DNA of 64,000 bases from Ramazzottius varieornatus (taxonomy: Eukaryota; Animalia; Tardigrada), in assembly GCA_001949185.1 (NCBI GenBank), contig BDGG01000014.1, forward strand, positions 186,001 through 250,000. Reading direction: 5' to 3'. Under the pieces are notes generated by a model. It saw nothing but the letters and a program-made list of their open reading frames with translations. It made no database searches and was not told where the DNA came from. Of the stretch, positions 50,604-64,000 are shown one piece after another. How positions within the stretch are numbered: the first letter of the stretch is position 1; the number at the start of each line of letters is the position of its first letter. The position numbers and the translations under genes are program-made.

Positions 50604-52202
50604 CAGAAAAAACACACGAAAGGAGCACAAAGCGGCTGGCGGTTCTTCCCAATGAATGCTTGAACCTAACTTGAAAGCCTTCTTCCAGTAGTTAAGTTCA
50701 CTAGTTAAGTCGTCTCCTGACCACGTCTAACAACCTGTCGAAAAATTTATGTAAGCAGTAAACATAGACGGAACTTGTGCGGCGCAAATCTAGAACCACT
50801 CTTGCATATGGAAATGTTTCACGCAATGTATTGATAACTTATTTTGTCGCGCGTGTATAGAAAGCCCCTGGAAGTTAATAACATGGGGATAACAGCAAAG
50901 TGTTAAGCAGCGTATACTGCGATTCTTCCACCTTCCAATCTCGGAAATTCCTGGAACATCCCCGGAGACCTAAAATCTCGGTATTACTCTCGCATTCGGG
51001 AAATGTTCCAAGCGACCTAATTTCTTTTGTCGCGAGTGAATAGAATGTCTCGGGAAGCTAATATCATGGGGACAACATCCCACTACTGGGCCCAGACTAC
51101 CGGCAGGAAACTTTCATCCCGGTTCCTACCGCAAGTGTAAAGCAGCATATACCGCGATTCTTTCACCTTCCTGTTGCTCGATGGACCTCAACGCACGGCT
51201 TTCGGTTTCGTCGGGATCACAGCAAATGGCATAATTCATCCGTGAGGTCCAAAACACTACCATTAGAGAAGTTGCAATATTCACAGATGAGTCGAATGAA
51301 CGAAAACTAATTAGTTTCAGAAATCAAGGTTTAAAAAACTATTCGCTGGAAGCTTGAAAAAGTTGCAAACCGCGGGCTACTTCGAGAAAAACGATGGAAC
51401 AAACGACCGCTGCTGTCCATAGTAGTTTCCATAGTAGTAATCAGTACAGCATGTTAAAAAACAGCCGGCTCAAATGCAATTTTGATTGACTGATTGTCCG
51501 GAGTGGAGGCCCTGTATTGCCCGGGCACCGATTACGCTTCCCAGTGCTTCGGGCCAGCCAGGGCATTACTGACGGCAATTCGTTCATTTTTGAAATGTAC
51601 GGCTGATTTACTCCGTGATTCACGAACGAAGCCCCCCTTCATTCGTGGATCACGAGCCCAATGATGCACGAATCTCCAGGATTTTTTCAATCGGAGATAC
51701 ATACCGAGCCCGATTTAAGTTCGCCCGAGATTTCATCATCTCGAGTTGTTTGTGCAACTCCCGGGGTTTGTTGATCGCGGGATATATGGAGCACGGAATT
51801 CGGTTCACTCGTGATTTGACACACCCGGGAATTCACCGCGCGATTTTTTAATAAAGGGAGTAATGCTTCCCACCTTTCTGAAGCTATCCCCAAGACAAGA
51901 AATTGGCTGGCGATGAGGCCTGACCAGGCCAATTCCCAGAAACGTAACGTGGGTGCAGGAAACAATCAAGGCTTGGTCGGCTAATATTCCCGCTGTACGA
52001 TATGACTATTGACTAGGTGTACGTACCGCCAATTCCGGACGCCAATCGAAAATCCTGCTTGAGCTGATGCAACCTGAGCGAGAACCAGTGCACAAACCAA
52101 TGTGAGAAAGTTCTTCGTGTACCATATTTGCTCACTTTTTAACGCTTCGTTCTGCATCCACTCAAGTTCGATCGATTTGAGGTTCGACCTCAAACCGGCC
52201 AA

Positions 52203-55200
52203 ATGGGCTCTGTTAACCCGCCGGCTCTCAACTTGACCATTGTGTCCTATATACTGTTGCCGCCTGTACTGCTGTCTTCGCGACCCTTCAATGGTCCGGC
52301 GCTTGATCTGGGAGCGGAAAGACTGAGAACAGTGCATAATTTCAACGTCACACTGAAGTACATCGGATCTTTCAACTGGTCGACCGTTGATGGTATGGTC
52401 GAGAACACCTACCTCGTATCGCGGTATTTCGCTCAAGAATGGGACCGCAATGGCGTCGTCGTTCTACATGCCCCCGGTATGTAACAATTAGTCGTGGATC
52501 GGACTTTCCGTTATTGTTCTCGAGCCTCACATGACATACGCCAATATTGTGCGTAGGAACAAACGAGGTTGGCTTAATGGGCGACATTGCACGAGAAGAG
52601 GACATTTTAATGTTGTCCACGTAAGAATAATGTCTGTTACAATCTTTCGTCCTGCTCGGGTTTTTCCCTTCTGTGATTGTCTACAGGTCATATTCCAGTG
52701 AAAGTATGCCGAATTTTCAGCGTTATCCTACAAAGATTAGCACCGCTCCAGTGCAGATACCCGTGTACGCAGATGTTCTGTTCGCCGTGTTCAAAATATT
52801 CTCCTGGACCTCCGTCTGCCTCATCCGTGACACATCAAGTTCTTCTCCGTTTTACGGTCAATGGATCAACGCCGCTCACGTCCTCAGTCAATCCCAATCT
52901 GCTAATGGCAAAATTACACTGGCCTTGCAACTTGTTGACAGCAAGGTTAACTTCAGCGTTGCCCTTTCACCAATCCTGCGACAGTGTTCCAAAATAAGCC
53001 GAGGTATAGTACATGGGACAATGGACATAACATTCGCTCTCACGTGCATGCGTGTAGTTGTCGCACGAGCAACTTGCTGCTTCGGGTTGCAGACTCATTT
53101 CCAGTAACGACCTCCTTCCAGTAACGAAGCAGTAACCTTTGGCGGAAATGTCAGTCAAAGGGCATACATTATATAGACAAGTGTAGGAGGTGGAAGGGCG
53201 TTGCTTACAAAGGGGAACCGTCAGGGAGCGGAAATTCCAGATGTGCTTTCACTGCCTTCTGGGGAAGGTTTAGATTCTGTTGAAGCCTTAACGGCCAAGA
53301 GCCGGACTGCGGTCGTGTTCCAAAACTTGGGGAAAATTCTGAACTGGTCCCGACCACTGATTAACTCGTATTCCCACAGGAAAATCTTCGCGTCTGCCGG
53401 TCTTCGTGTGGTCCAGAACGTGACGTTCCCAGCAACAAAAGTGAAGTGGAGAAGGCTTCAGATGGGACAACAGAAATTTTTTGATTTTTCCAAAATTTTG
53501 TCCTGAAGGTGGTATCATTGCTAAAATTTCGGAAGAAATCCTGAAACACGACCGGAGCCCGGCTCTCGGTCATTAAAGGCAACACAAGAGTCTGAACTAT
53601 CAGTGGACAGCAGTGAAGGCAGTTTTGGAATTGTCGCTCTCTGGAGGTTCCCTTGCTACATTGTGGGAGGTTGTCTCGCGTGATGCCAAAATTGTTGCAA
53701 ATGGTGTTTTGGCCTCGAGCCTTGGGCGAACAGCGACTGAGGCCACAGCACCCGTCATTTCGGATGCTCGACCAATTTTTCGGGTTTTTTTCCATTAGTG
53801 ATCGTGCTGTCGATGCGAGGGGATATTGCGCGCCACGTTTTGGTAAGGAGCAAAGATTCCACGAAGTTCAGCGGATCACCGATACCTCACAGCTCGTTTA
53901 TGATGCTTGCCAGGTTCACGCTTCAAAGCTGGGCATGACAAGTGGGGAGCATGTGGGTATATTATTACTAGTAATATACTTCCGCAACTTGAAATCGGAT
54001 TTTTTCTTGGAACGGCACCGCAAGTCATAGATCTCTCTCCACAAAGGTATATTTCGCCCTGCAGCCAATAGAAAATGCCAGGTTCTTTGGAAAAATTCCC
54101 GACCTTACGTCTCTCGGGCAATCTGAAAATCAGGTTTGTCTGCAGCCCGCCTGCCGTGTATCATAGAAAACCCGGCAAACATACAATACTCTGCACCGCA
54201 TTTGTGTAGGTTGCTGTGCAGGCATACCGAAGTCTTTTGAAGATTGCACCATGTGGAACCGACGTGATCTCTTCCGGTCAGAACGATACTGCTCGATCTA
54301 ATCTATTGAAAGAATGGCGAAGACGTTCATGGAAAGATTATGCATTCAACTATAGTTCGGATGAACAGGTACAAAAAGATAGAACTCATGATCCCGAAAC
54401 GCGAGGTTCATCAAGTACAGTCCGTTCAGCTAGCTTAGAACAACAGCTTCTGGAAGCAGTTTTAAAACTTACCATCAATATTCGTGCTCCTCTTGCGCAT
54501 CGAATACGATACCTTCTGGCTACAAAACGCACCCAGAACGAGGTTACTCTGATATTTCCTCGCGCAACCGAAATATTTTGAACGAGTGTTAGTAGTCATC
54601 CGGGCGACTTCCAACTTTTATTTCTGAAATATCTTTTCTTGAAAGCTCTGCTTGACTTAACTCTGGCTATTTTGTCCTTGCTTGATAGCTGCTTCGATGG
54701 CCTCTGGTTCCGCATTAGCGCTTTGGCTTACTTATTGAAAGTGATACTTTACCAATCAGTAAAGCGATTTTCCAATTATCAATATTAAAATATACTGGGG
54801 AAAAGATTTTCTCTTCGCAGCTCCTGGCGTTCGGAATTTCATAGATCTGCTTAGGGTTCTTTGCAGTCCACCAGGCCAGCGATATCTTATACTTTCCTGG
54901 TAGAAAAATGTTTCTTCTTCAAGTAAAATCAAGCATTAGTTCCGGTGTCAACTGGGAGAGACAAAAGGGATTTTGAAAGGTGTTATTCCAAGTTTGCTCG
55001 AACGGCCTGTAATACAGTAATTTCTTCAGCCAAGCGAGTTCGTGACCGCCAGCTACGATGCTTTAGACGTTCTTGGACAGGTACAAACATTGATGCATCG
55101 CCTGACCGATCATCTCCTCTATTTTGATTTAATCGCAATGAAAAGGCAATTAATCCCTTTTTGTAGCTACTTGACCAAACCATTGCAAGGAGGATGTCCG

Positions 55201-57183
55201 CAACTGGTCGCTCATTAGTCTTGCGTGCCTTGAATCAATCATTTTCTGTGGAAACGGGGAGGATCTTTATTGACAATCTGGGGGAGCGGAAAAGTCTCCA
55301 CTGTGTCTCCGCCTTCGATGTTGACACCAAAACGTTCAAGGTAAATTTGGGAATGGTTTCCGGCTTGTACCACTGCCATATCCAGACCCTTTATACGTCG
55401 AACAGTGGTTAAAAATCTATTGGTAAGATGTCCTTCCACGGATGGTTCAATAGCCATACAGGCAGAATTATTTGCAGACCGCGTTGGTGTACAACGCAGC
55501 CCAGCAAAAAATTTCGGCGCTGTACCTCGACAAGATCGACTGGCCCAGTGGAAAACGAGAGGCGCCACCTAACGAGCCTTTCTGTGGCTACGCCGGAGAC
55601 CGCTGCGACGTGACAAGTACGGTACCGAGAGCTTTTCATTCCTTAACAATAACGTGGATTTGTTTTACGAACTTCGTGCTCTGTGCATGGATGCCATTTT
55701 CGCTGTAGCCGAGTTTTGTTATAGGACGTAACCGAATCGTCAGTACCATTGGTGGGTCCATTGCAACGGTGGTAGCCTTGATACTTACCATGTTGGCAGG
55801 CTATGCGATCAGTCGTAGCAGGTATCATGTCACCGGCACACCAGCATGGATATCCCGGTAGACGACACCGGCCTGCCAAGCAGGTGAATTAAAACATCGG
55901 GGAATCAATTGAAAACACGGCTTTTAAATTCAACCAAATAACGCAGCGTCCGAAGCTTCAGTATTGCGGCGTTAGCGGCCTTACCCAGGAAACTTAAGGC
56001 CAATGATCAATATTCAGGCAATATTAATTTTAAGCTTCGAAAGCTGCGTAATTTAGTCGACTCGAAAGCTATATTTCCGATTAATTGTTCCGATTTGTTG
56101 ATTTATCTGCTTCGGTGGCCCGTATCGTCCATCGGTACATCCATGCTGATTTGATCACCGGACATTCAACATGTTCTGCGATGGCCGTCCAACGTTACGA
56201 CAAAACTCATTATTTTGTCCAGGATATGCGAAACGCGGATAGTTGGAAGAAGGGAAAGCTGGTGGCTGATTACATCGGCTCTTGAACCAAGAACTCGTTC
56301 GACCTCTTATGATAAATATCGGATATTTGAGAGCGGGCGAACGCGGAAAGATTCTGTTGCGGAATCATGGTGATAAAAGCAGCGACCGGAATAAATGGAG
56401 GTCAGCAAGCGGGTATTGGCATGCTCAATTTTCCCTACAAACGTTTTTACTCCTATATGTCACTTTTTTTACATGAAATTGTGGGAATATGGAAAAGCAT
56501 CGTGTGGTAAGTCTGCCGTGGCTCAAGGTCTCAAACAAGGTTCGGCCTTCTGGGAAGATTTTCTCAAAAATGCTGAGGGTGATTCCCACCTGAGACACCC
56601 CACATGGGGGGTTTTGCGTCCGAACAGATGCACGCGTATTCTCATGCTGTATGATGTCACTGTGACGTCAACATATGTTCATTCAACATTTCGAATCCGC
56701 TTAGATTTTCTCGACGTAGCCACTTGAGTACTGTCTACTCGCTCGAGATGTGTACATCGCTCTTCGATTTCTATTTGGCACCAGTCAAACATTTACCGTA
56801 CAGCTTATCAAACACGGAAGTGACGTCAACAGCTCACCTACCATCAATCTCGATGAAAAGCAACTATTTGTTTTCCACCAGGTGCATCCGCTGCGTGTAA
56901 GAACAAGCATACAACTACGTTTATGGCGAACGCTCTTGTGGTTACGGTGATCTTCAAATTTTGAAATCGAACAGTGGTGTACAGATCTCGAGCGAGTGGA
57001 CTGTACTGGACAGACTGCCAATTGGATCCCATCATCGTGTTCCTCGATGTCTGTTACACCAGACTGCATCAGCAGTCTATTTTTGTCCTTGGAGTCCCAA
57101 AACTTCAAACTCGCCTCGTGAAAAATTTGACATTCGAGTGTTTGTACAGTATGAAAATGGGGCCGCCGCGACCCAAACACTGA
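52203..57183 (+). CDS. Natriuretic-peptide-receptor/receptor guanylyl cyclase-like gene: ANF-receptor ectodomain + TM, no cyclase seen; may be a pseudogene; both ends uncertain
   Basis: GPALDLG; FQRYPT...FKIFSWTSV; VIVLSMRGDIARHVL|VHASKLGMTSGEHV; QAYRSLL; FSVETGRIFIDNLGER; IDWPSGKREAPPNEPFCGYAGDRC; TM IGGSIATVVALILTMLAGYAI. Confidence 0.72.
53205..53660. mobile_element. Long-TIR (foldback/Mutator-like) degenerate element in an intron
   Basis: ~53205-53340 is an imperfect reverse complement of ~53524-53660 (e.g. GAGCCGGACTGCGGTCGTGTT / AACACGACCGGAGCCCGGCTC). Confidence 0.6.
54418..55009. mobile_element. Non-autonomous Tc1/mariner-like element (592 bp) in an intron
   Basis: TA|CAGTCCGTTCAGCTAGCTTAGAAC ... 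TTCCAAGTTTGCTCGAACGGCCTG|TA. Confidence 0.7.
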
Positions 57184-57445
57184 TAGGAAGTGTCGACTTT
57201 CCCCATACGCTCACTCTTCCATGATATTTTGTCTGTGAGAAAGCTGTGGTTCAGAAAGACACGGTGGATTCAGCAATTGTTGTGCTGCTGTGTAAAACAT
57301 CAAGTCTCGCGCTATTTTGTTCACTGCTTCAACAGTATGGCAGACAACACGATGGTGGTCCTCGGCTGCGCCGAAAAAGTTTTGTATAGCTCCGTCGGTT
57401 TGTTTCGTTTCTACATAGGCATGGAACACAAGCAGCAGGCTCAAA

Positions 57446-60400
57446 TTACAGTTGCAGTAGCAGTGGTACAACACGAACCAGTAGGATGAACAAACAGAAG
57501 TACGGTAACGAGTATGGAACGGATAGCGATACTGCTCTGCTCTTGCCAATATCACCTTGCGGGTTGCTGGCGTTACCCATTTCAATTTCCGGCTTGAAGT
57601 TGACAACGGTGGAAGTGGCGACGGTGGTGGTAAGGCCTCGGTCCATGGGAATTGGTGAATATCCTCCCTTTACCACAATCAGCGGGTCGTTCAGCGGATT
57701 AGGTCGAGACCCGTTCGCATCGGGTGGCACAAAATACCGTGACCTGTTTGCGAAATATTCGAAGGTAGAGCCGTTCAGTTTACCGCGTAGACTTTCGTAC
57801 ACCCAGTCGTTGCAGTAGCTGCTGTCACATGTGCAGTGCACAACACGTAGGCTGCTTGTGAAATTTGTAAACGGTTCGGTGCAACTTTTCTGGAACTTTG
57901 TTTGCGCACCGAACTGCGTTAACTCTTTCCTGGTAGTGCACCGTCGTTCGAGCTCGACTGTAACAGAAAGAGCATTTACACAGCCACAAATGGACTACCT
58001 CGTATAAAAATAGTCCCCATCTCTAGTCAACAGATCGTGCTCAGTTCGGGATTTTCACAGCGACGGATATCCAGAAGATCGAGCATATGGTATGAAGTTC
58101 GACTATGGAAAGTGACAGGCGCAGCCATTTCATGCGCGCCTTGGAACGTTACATGTGCTAACTGGTCGAGCGCGATCCCGATTATCGGGACTTTTCGCAC
58201 GATGGGTTTAACCGTTCAAAAACTAAAAAAGATGCGATGCAGCGGGTTCGACCGTACGACCGCGCTGCCCGCTGCAAGGCAAGTTTCGACACACCTAATT
58301 GGAGAAGAACGGTACCAACCGCTCACCACTGAGACAGACGAGCACTTATCGCATTACTCTCTGATTTTCGATCTGAAAATTGATTCGAACTGCAGTGATA
58401 CAGCAGAAAAATTTTCGAGCGCGATATGACGCCTCTCAAGCATAGTCAAGCCCATCGTGACGTAGTGTCAAACTGGTCCCGGATTGAACCAGGCACCATA
58501 TTCCAAACTGAGGCCGACAGAGTGGCACTTTTACCATTTTCGTACGAGTACGTATATTACATCCTCCAGGTGAGTAAACTTACAGTAGTATTCCATCCAG
58601 TCACTTTCATTGGTCCTCTGCGTTAGCGACATGAGGCAGATGTCGTTGAGTCCGCAGTTCTCCGGACTCCGGTACTTTTCGTCCATACGATACTTCAGAT
58701 TGCCATCACAGTCCCCGTTGGTTTCGTCTCCCCACGGGCCACCCCACCAGTCCATTTTGGCTTTACATCGGTAACACTTGATAACTGAGTAAAAGTCCGT
58801 TCACTGACACTTTGTAGACAGATTGTCAGTGTCTCTTAAACTCATTCTTGCTCTAAGAATGTTTAAATACGGGCTTACAACTGTCACTGTATCTGAACTC
58901 AGCGGACTTTTTGGCGGGATCCAGCAAGGGATAGTCAACTGTATTGCCAATACGAAGATTCTCCGGATAACTCAAGGGTGCGAATATTTTTTCTTGTAGG
59001 CTGCTAAGAGTCCAGTCATTGCACAGATTGGCTCCTGAAAAAGCGGATGTTCTTATCATGAGCAACAAGATGAAGTAAGAAAATCAGTAAACCAAACTTC
59101 ACGGTATTCTTGCGGCACGATTGTTGGTTGCACATATCCAACTTACCGTTGCAGACACACTCCATGGAATCCTGTGTCGTGTTGAACTGACTGTACCTAA
59201 TCGGCTCGGCACAAGAGCGCGGATACTGGTCGGGCGCCTTGGAAGGTTTTCCACACATTCTCCGGAGATCCCCTACAATGGTGAAAGTCTTATACATAAT
59301 AAATGGCCACTAATGACAGAATACGATTCTTTTTTATGTTTTGGTGTATGAGTCTCCACTGGTTTATGCATAATTGACTTTTATTCGGCTAGCTGTAGTA
59401 CTGTAAGACGTAGACAGACAGCAAGGAAAGTGAAGTTCCAACATGGCTATTCACCATGAGCGCAAAGTTGTAAATAAATGTTGCAGTTCCTAGGTTAGAT
59501 AATGTGCTTGTCACCATATATTTCTTCCATAAAGATTCTATTTGTTTTCATTCAAAGGTGACCAACACCATCGTCAAAGGTTGCCGAGCTTGCCATGAAA
59601 GATCAGCGCACTAAAAATCAATAGTACAGTGAAAACTGTAACGCTTCTAAATTAGGGCGCACTTAACGACATGTTGGTGTCATCATCAGAGTCCATATAT
59701 TTTCCATTGTCTCGAAGCTGTGCAGCCCGCAAAATATCAGAAGAGTGGAAGCATTGTCTAAAACATGATTGGAGTAAAGGCGGAGCACACCGAAACGCCC
59801 ATCAGAGTTGATGACGTCATAGTTTACAAAGGCAGGCAAGTTTACACTGGGCTTCAGACAACCTGAAACAAAGCAGTCAGGTAGCTAATCATCCATCGCA
59901 CATCCCTTGGTAACTTTCACAAAGCCTGATCACCCACCCCAGCTAGATTAAACGGGAAGCAAAGACAAGAACACGGAAACCGAGGATCAGTTTCGGAGCA
60001 TAATCCACCGCACTCTCCTTGCGTCTTCAATAGAGGCTGGTCACTCCCTCAATCCGAGAGAACTGGGGGAAAGCGCGACGGGGAACTGGAATACCAGGAG
60101 ACGGAAAGAAGTTTCAAAAATCATGGCAGGTCTATTGCAATTGCACCGTCAGCCCAAACCCAACCAAATTCATCCAAGCTCGCAAATTTCCATGCTCAGG
60201 TAGTGTGTGCATGTGCTTGTCGCGGCTCAGTGCAAGTTAGCACAGTTGTCACGCACCACACTACAGTCCCTGGGCGGAGACCTACACGTACCTGAACCAA
60301 CCAAAACCTTGGATCTCCTCGTTGCGACAAAGCCTTGCTAGAAGTTTCTCATAAAGCTAATGCCATTTTAACCGTTCGAACAATCAATGCTGCGGGGCTA

Positions 60401-61473
60401 TGGAGAATACATGGAATCTGTCAACATTATCCAGAGCAGTTAGGTGTTTTGCAGTACAGCAGCTCTAAGCCCCGGAAGGGCATCATTTACTGTGTAGGGA
60501 AGCCTTAATTTGGGATCGTTACAGAACCATTTCAGCACATAATAAAACGATAGGTAGGGGCGTAGACCAGGGATGTACAACAATTGGTGTCCAGCCTGAA
60601 ACACCAATTCCCCTAGGCTGGTTCAGGCTCGTGTACTGCAACCGTTCCGTCAGACCATTTCGGACAGGTCGATGAAATCGTTCGAGTCATCGTAGAAGTT
60701 ATAGCACGCAGAAGTTAAGCCAAGCAGTATGACTGTACCGTGCGAGGTACAGTTCTACCTCTGACATTGATGGCAATACAAACGCCTTGATTTCAATTTT
60801 TCACTGGTTCATATGCTCACCGAGCTACTCGCCAGACCGTTCGCGCGAGACCAATCAGCTGATCTGGACGCACACTTGATACGTGATCAAATCAACCTCT
60901 TACAAGACGTCGATTAGCTGGTCGCCGTGCGGACCTTTGGCGAGAAATCCCGTGTAAAACTGGTGTTCGGTCGCAGGAAAAAGCAATTGGAACATTTCAG
61001 AGTTGGGACTGTAGTCGGTTCGGTACTTTATAGTACACTTCATCCGTGCATTAATGGGCTTACAAACTTCTGTGATGTTGGGATAGGACCAGCTGGTGGG
61101 GATTCTTGTTAGCCGCACATAAACACCGCAGATCAAATCGTCTTGGCAATACTCTGCGTTACTGATAATCCCAGTACCAGCTTCGCGAATACAACCCCTT
61201 GACAGATTGGTATGTGGAGCATTCGGAATTCCGGTTGTAGGCCACTTGTCTGGGTTGTTCGGAGGTACCGGAGAAAACTTCAAGAACTGCCTGTTTTGGT
61301 CCACAATAGTAACGCAGTTCCAACACTTCTGTTGCTTGATATCCTCAGGGCGAACAAACCCTACGAACCAGCCACACAGACTAAGTCATAGCTGAAGAAC
61401 GAGAATTCCCCTATGGATGCACCTTACCAAAAAGCAAGTAGAGCGTCACAGCAGAAGGATTGACTGCTCTCAT
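57446..61473 (-). CDS. Secreted, probably GPI-anchored Cys-rich protein with two tandem Ly6/quiver(sleepless)-like domains, multi-exon
   Basis: Hydrophobic leader exon MRAVNPSAVTLYLLF|; domain 1 KCWNC...RRMCG..SC..ECVCN|GANLCNDW; domain 2 IKCYRC...ERRCT..SC..HCTCDSSYCNDW; hydrophobic C-terminus; internal exons only partly resolved. Confidence 0.6.
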
Positions 61474-63079
61474 ATCTTGTATCAGATACTTTCAGATTTT
61501 TCGAAAATATGTCATGCCTTTGAAGACTTGATTAGGTTTCGCGATGTGATTAAATGATATTACAGGCAGAAACGATAACATAACCGTAGAAAAGCAGGAT
61601 ATTCAGTACCGCAAATAGCTTTTGAGACAGAAGTTTCATGAAACTACAATAGAAAGACGTATTTCAGCGCTATCACGGACGTAAGGAACTGCAATGGCCA
61701 TTCAGAACTGCAAAGTTGTTGCGAAGCTACGAACACGCCAGCAAAGTAGAGTTCATCCCGGCGCTTTTTGATCACTTTTATGTTGAGAAGGATGACTGAC
61801 CGCCCAGTTTAAACAAGAAAGCTTTTCAGCCTTGACAACCCTTTTCAAACATGCAGTTCTTGCCAATGATCAGGAGCATCGAGTTCATGCCACGGTTCGG
61901 CGGGGACAGAAGTCTGCGAAGTTATTAGATTTTTTGGGGAAAGTGCTTTCCAAAGATTTCAGGTCAAACTATTGACTGAACCGCCCCATGGGGTTCGATG
62001 TCAAAAGGATTACAGGTACAAATCAACGCTGTGTGAGGTCATTTTGTAGTCGGAAATTGAGTCAAAAATTCGCAATCTTCAAGCTTTCCCAACGTAGCCA
62101 CTTAACGACTTGTCATCTCATAGTAGGGCGCGACAAGCACATATATACTTCAAAAGCACAAAACGCAGCCCTGCCCCTGAATGACCGGTTCGGCTTTTTT
62201 TATATATGTTGCAATCGGCGTTGACCGTTGTTCGACGTTATCGATATTACTGCTGTATAACCCACACTAGTCAACGGACTTCAGGATCGTGTCACTCAAG
62301 GTAACAAGCACTTGTGACTACTTACGTAGGAGGGAGAAGGTTTGAGACGTTATCCCGCAGGCCGCAGCATCCCGATGACCGGGTTTGATCGAAAGAGCGG
62401 CCCAGTTGGCAGCGGGCCAAGCTATGGCTGAACGAGACGTACCATTCAGTGTCATAATCCTGTTTACGGAATATACTGCAGGGTCCGGAAAACTTTCGAT
62501 TGCAAATCTTTGCTCTGTCTTCGTTTAGGTTAACTGAGAACACCCCACAACGAGTGCCTAATTTGATAGGGGCCATGCTTACCCAAGAAGGAAACCAATC
62601 TGTCTGGCGAACATCAAACATGCTTTATCTTCCTGTTAACAAAGGCGTCACCCTCTGTGCACATAGCCTCATCTTGGTTGACAGTTCTGTCTGTGCGTCG
62701 CCACTCATTAGCTGCAGGATTCAAGCTACGAGAAGGAGGAGGGGTGCCGTTTCCGTCTTTCAGCACGGGCTGAAAATAGAGCAGCACCTTCCCGCACAGT
62801 ATACGCGGCTGGCCTAATTCTGGGCATGGAAAAAGTTGAGGGCAGCACAAGCTGGAGGTAATTTAACGCAAAGTATGTCGTATCCGATCAGAAACCAGCC
62901 ATGCGACGGAGGGGACCCTAGGCCAGGAGGTCAGGGCATGGCGGGTAGGGGGCGTAAAGGAAGTCAAAGTTTCGCAATGCGCTCCTTGTTGTACGTTGTC
63001 ATTACAGGTTCTGTAATCTGTACTCCTTCATAAGATTCCCATCTCGATAAACTTTACCTTGTAAAACGTAGGAAGGTCT

Positions 63080-63874
63080 CAAGAGCAGGAACCGCCGAAA
63101 GTACACCGAAGGAAGTCTGAGAGATGCAATGCGCGCAGTGGCGGACGAGATGACAGCTCGGAAAGCGTCGCTAACGTCTCGCGTTCCGCGGATGACGGTT
63201 GTCCGCCACGAAAGATCTCCCGCAGCTCAGAAGACTGGCCGGAAGACGAAGCCGGATCCGACAGAAGAGGCTTTACTCGTGGACGTGTTGATCGCTTTTG
63301 GGAAAAGCCGATTCCCCGTGAACAAACACCATCTACGTACATTCGCGGGTGAAATGGGCTTTAGGTAAGGTATGGCTTGGTTTCTTGGAAGTATTCAGTG
63401 AGATCGATTCTTCTTTCCTTGATAGGTATAGGCACGATCTTTAGCGAGAAATGGGACCGTCGCTTTCTGCGTGACCATGAGAAACAGATTCTTCTTCGTA
63501 TGGGATGCAACGTTGATCGAGAGAAGGCGTGTCGGGATTCATTCCAGGGTTTGAAAAAAGGAAAGTCTACGCCGCAAGAGGATTGAAGCATGTCCCCTCA
63601 CACGCGGACGGAACTACTAGAGACGCTGTCAGCACTTTGTTTTGCGGTGATGCAACCTGAGAACATGTACAAGTCTCTGGTTCTTTTCGATCGAACTATG
63701 CATCTGCAAAGTATTTTTGATAACACTGATGGTAAACTCTACATCGCTGCGAACGTTCCAGAAGTTATGGACTGCGACGTCCTGAGGTATCATTTCGAAA
63801 AGACATCCTGCCGACTGCGCCTCAGCAGGTATCGTGTTTTGAATATTACGAAATCTCTTATCAAGAACTGTTGA
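63080..63874 (+). mobile_element. Degraded pogo/Tigger-like transposase (psq-type HTH + CENP-B HTH + DDE fragment)
   Basis: KYTEGSLRDAMRAV..MTARKASLTSRVPRMTV..GRKT..EEALLVDVLIAFGKSRFPV..KWDRRFLRDH; later YIAAN..MDCDVLRYHFEK; broken frames. Confidence 0.7.
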
Positions 63875-64000
63875 AAGCGTGTCGTTTCGCTGAAAGGATT
63901 GTGAGCTGCCATTTTGACTCTGATCTAAGTGTACTGTAGTACTTCTTGGACTTCGCGAACTGACGTCACAGTACGCGAAGAGTTCACTGTTATGATGAAG

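Noticed and set aside
51611-51860. TA-flanked MITE
   Set aside because: Terminal match is only ~4 bp; the internal hairpin alone is insufficient
62322-62850. Cys/Trp-rich lectin-like ORF pair
   Set aside because: Frameshifted, and the motifs are too weak to call

Overview
Eukaryotic (invertebrate animal) genomic DNA with a compact gene layout and short GT-AG introns (mostly 50-90 nt). Gene content (intronless soluble UGTs, divergent rhodopsin-like GPCRs, Gr-like receptors, natriuretic-peptide-receptor-like gene) suggests a tardigrade such as Ramazzottius; this is inference. Housekeeping block at the left: PWP1 3' end, a divergent SNAP-25 paralogue, SRSF2 and LTV1. Then: a GPCR; an ENPP pseudogene split mid-exon by a 2377-bp insertion carrying a Gly-rich secreted-peptide gene and a P/Q-rich gene fragment; a DD37D (maT) transposon; a head-to-head UGT pair with near-identical 3' halves; a second GPCR; two gustatory-receptor-like genes; EVI5; a DNase I-like gene; an SLC35F-like gene; a cyclase-less NPR-like receptor; a two-domain Ly6/quiver-like gene; and a pogo remnant. 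Many hAT- and Tc1/mariner-type MITEs are present, plus an intronic cruciform repeat family and one 50-N gap. Most notable: the inverted UGT pair (variable N-half, homogenised C-half), the template-switch gene-capture insertion, the SNAP-25 paralogue lacking both zero-layer Gln, and a candidate SRSF2 poison exon. All exon calls are by eye.
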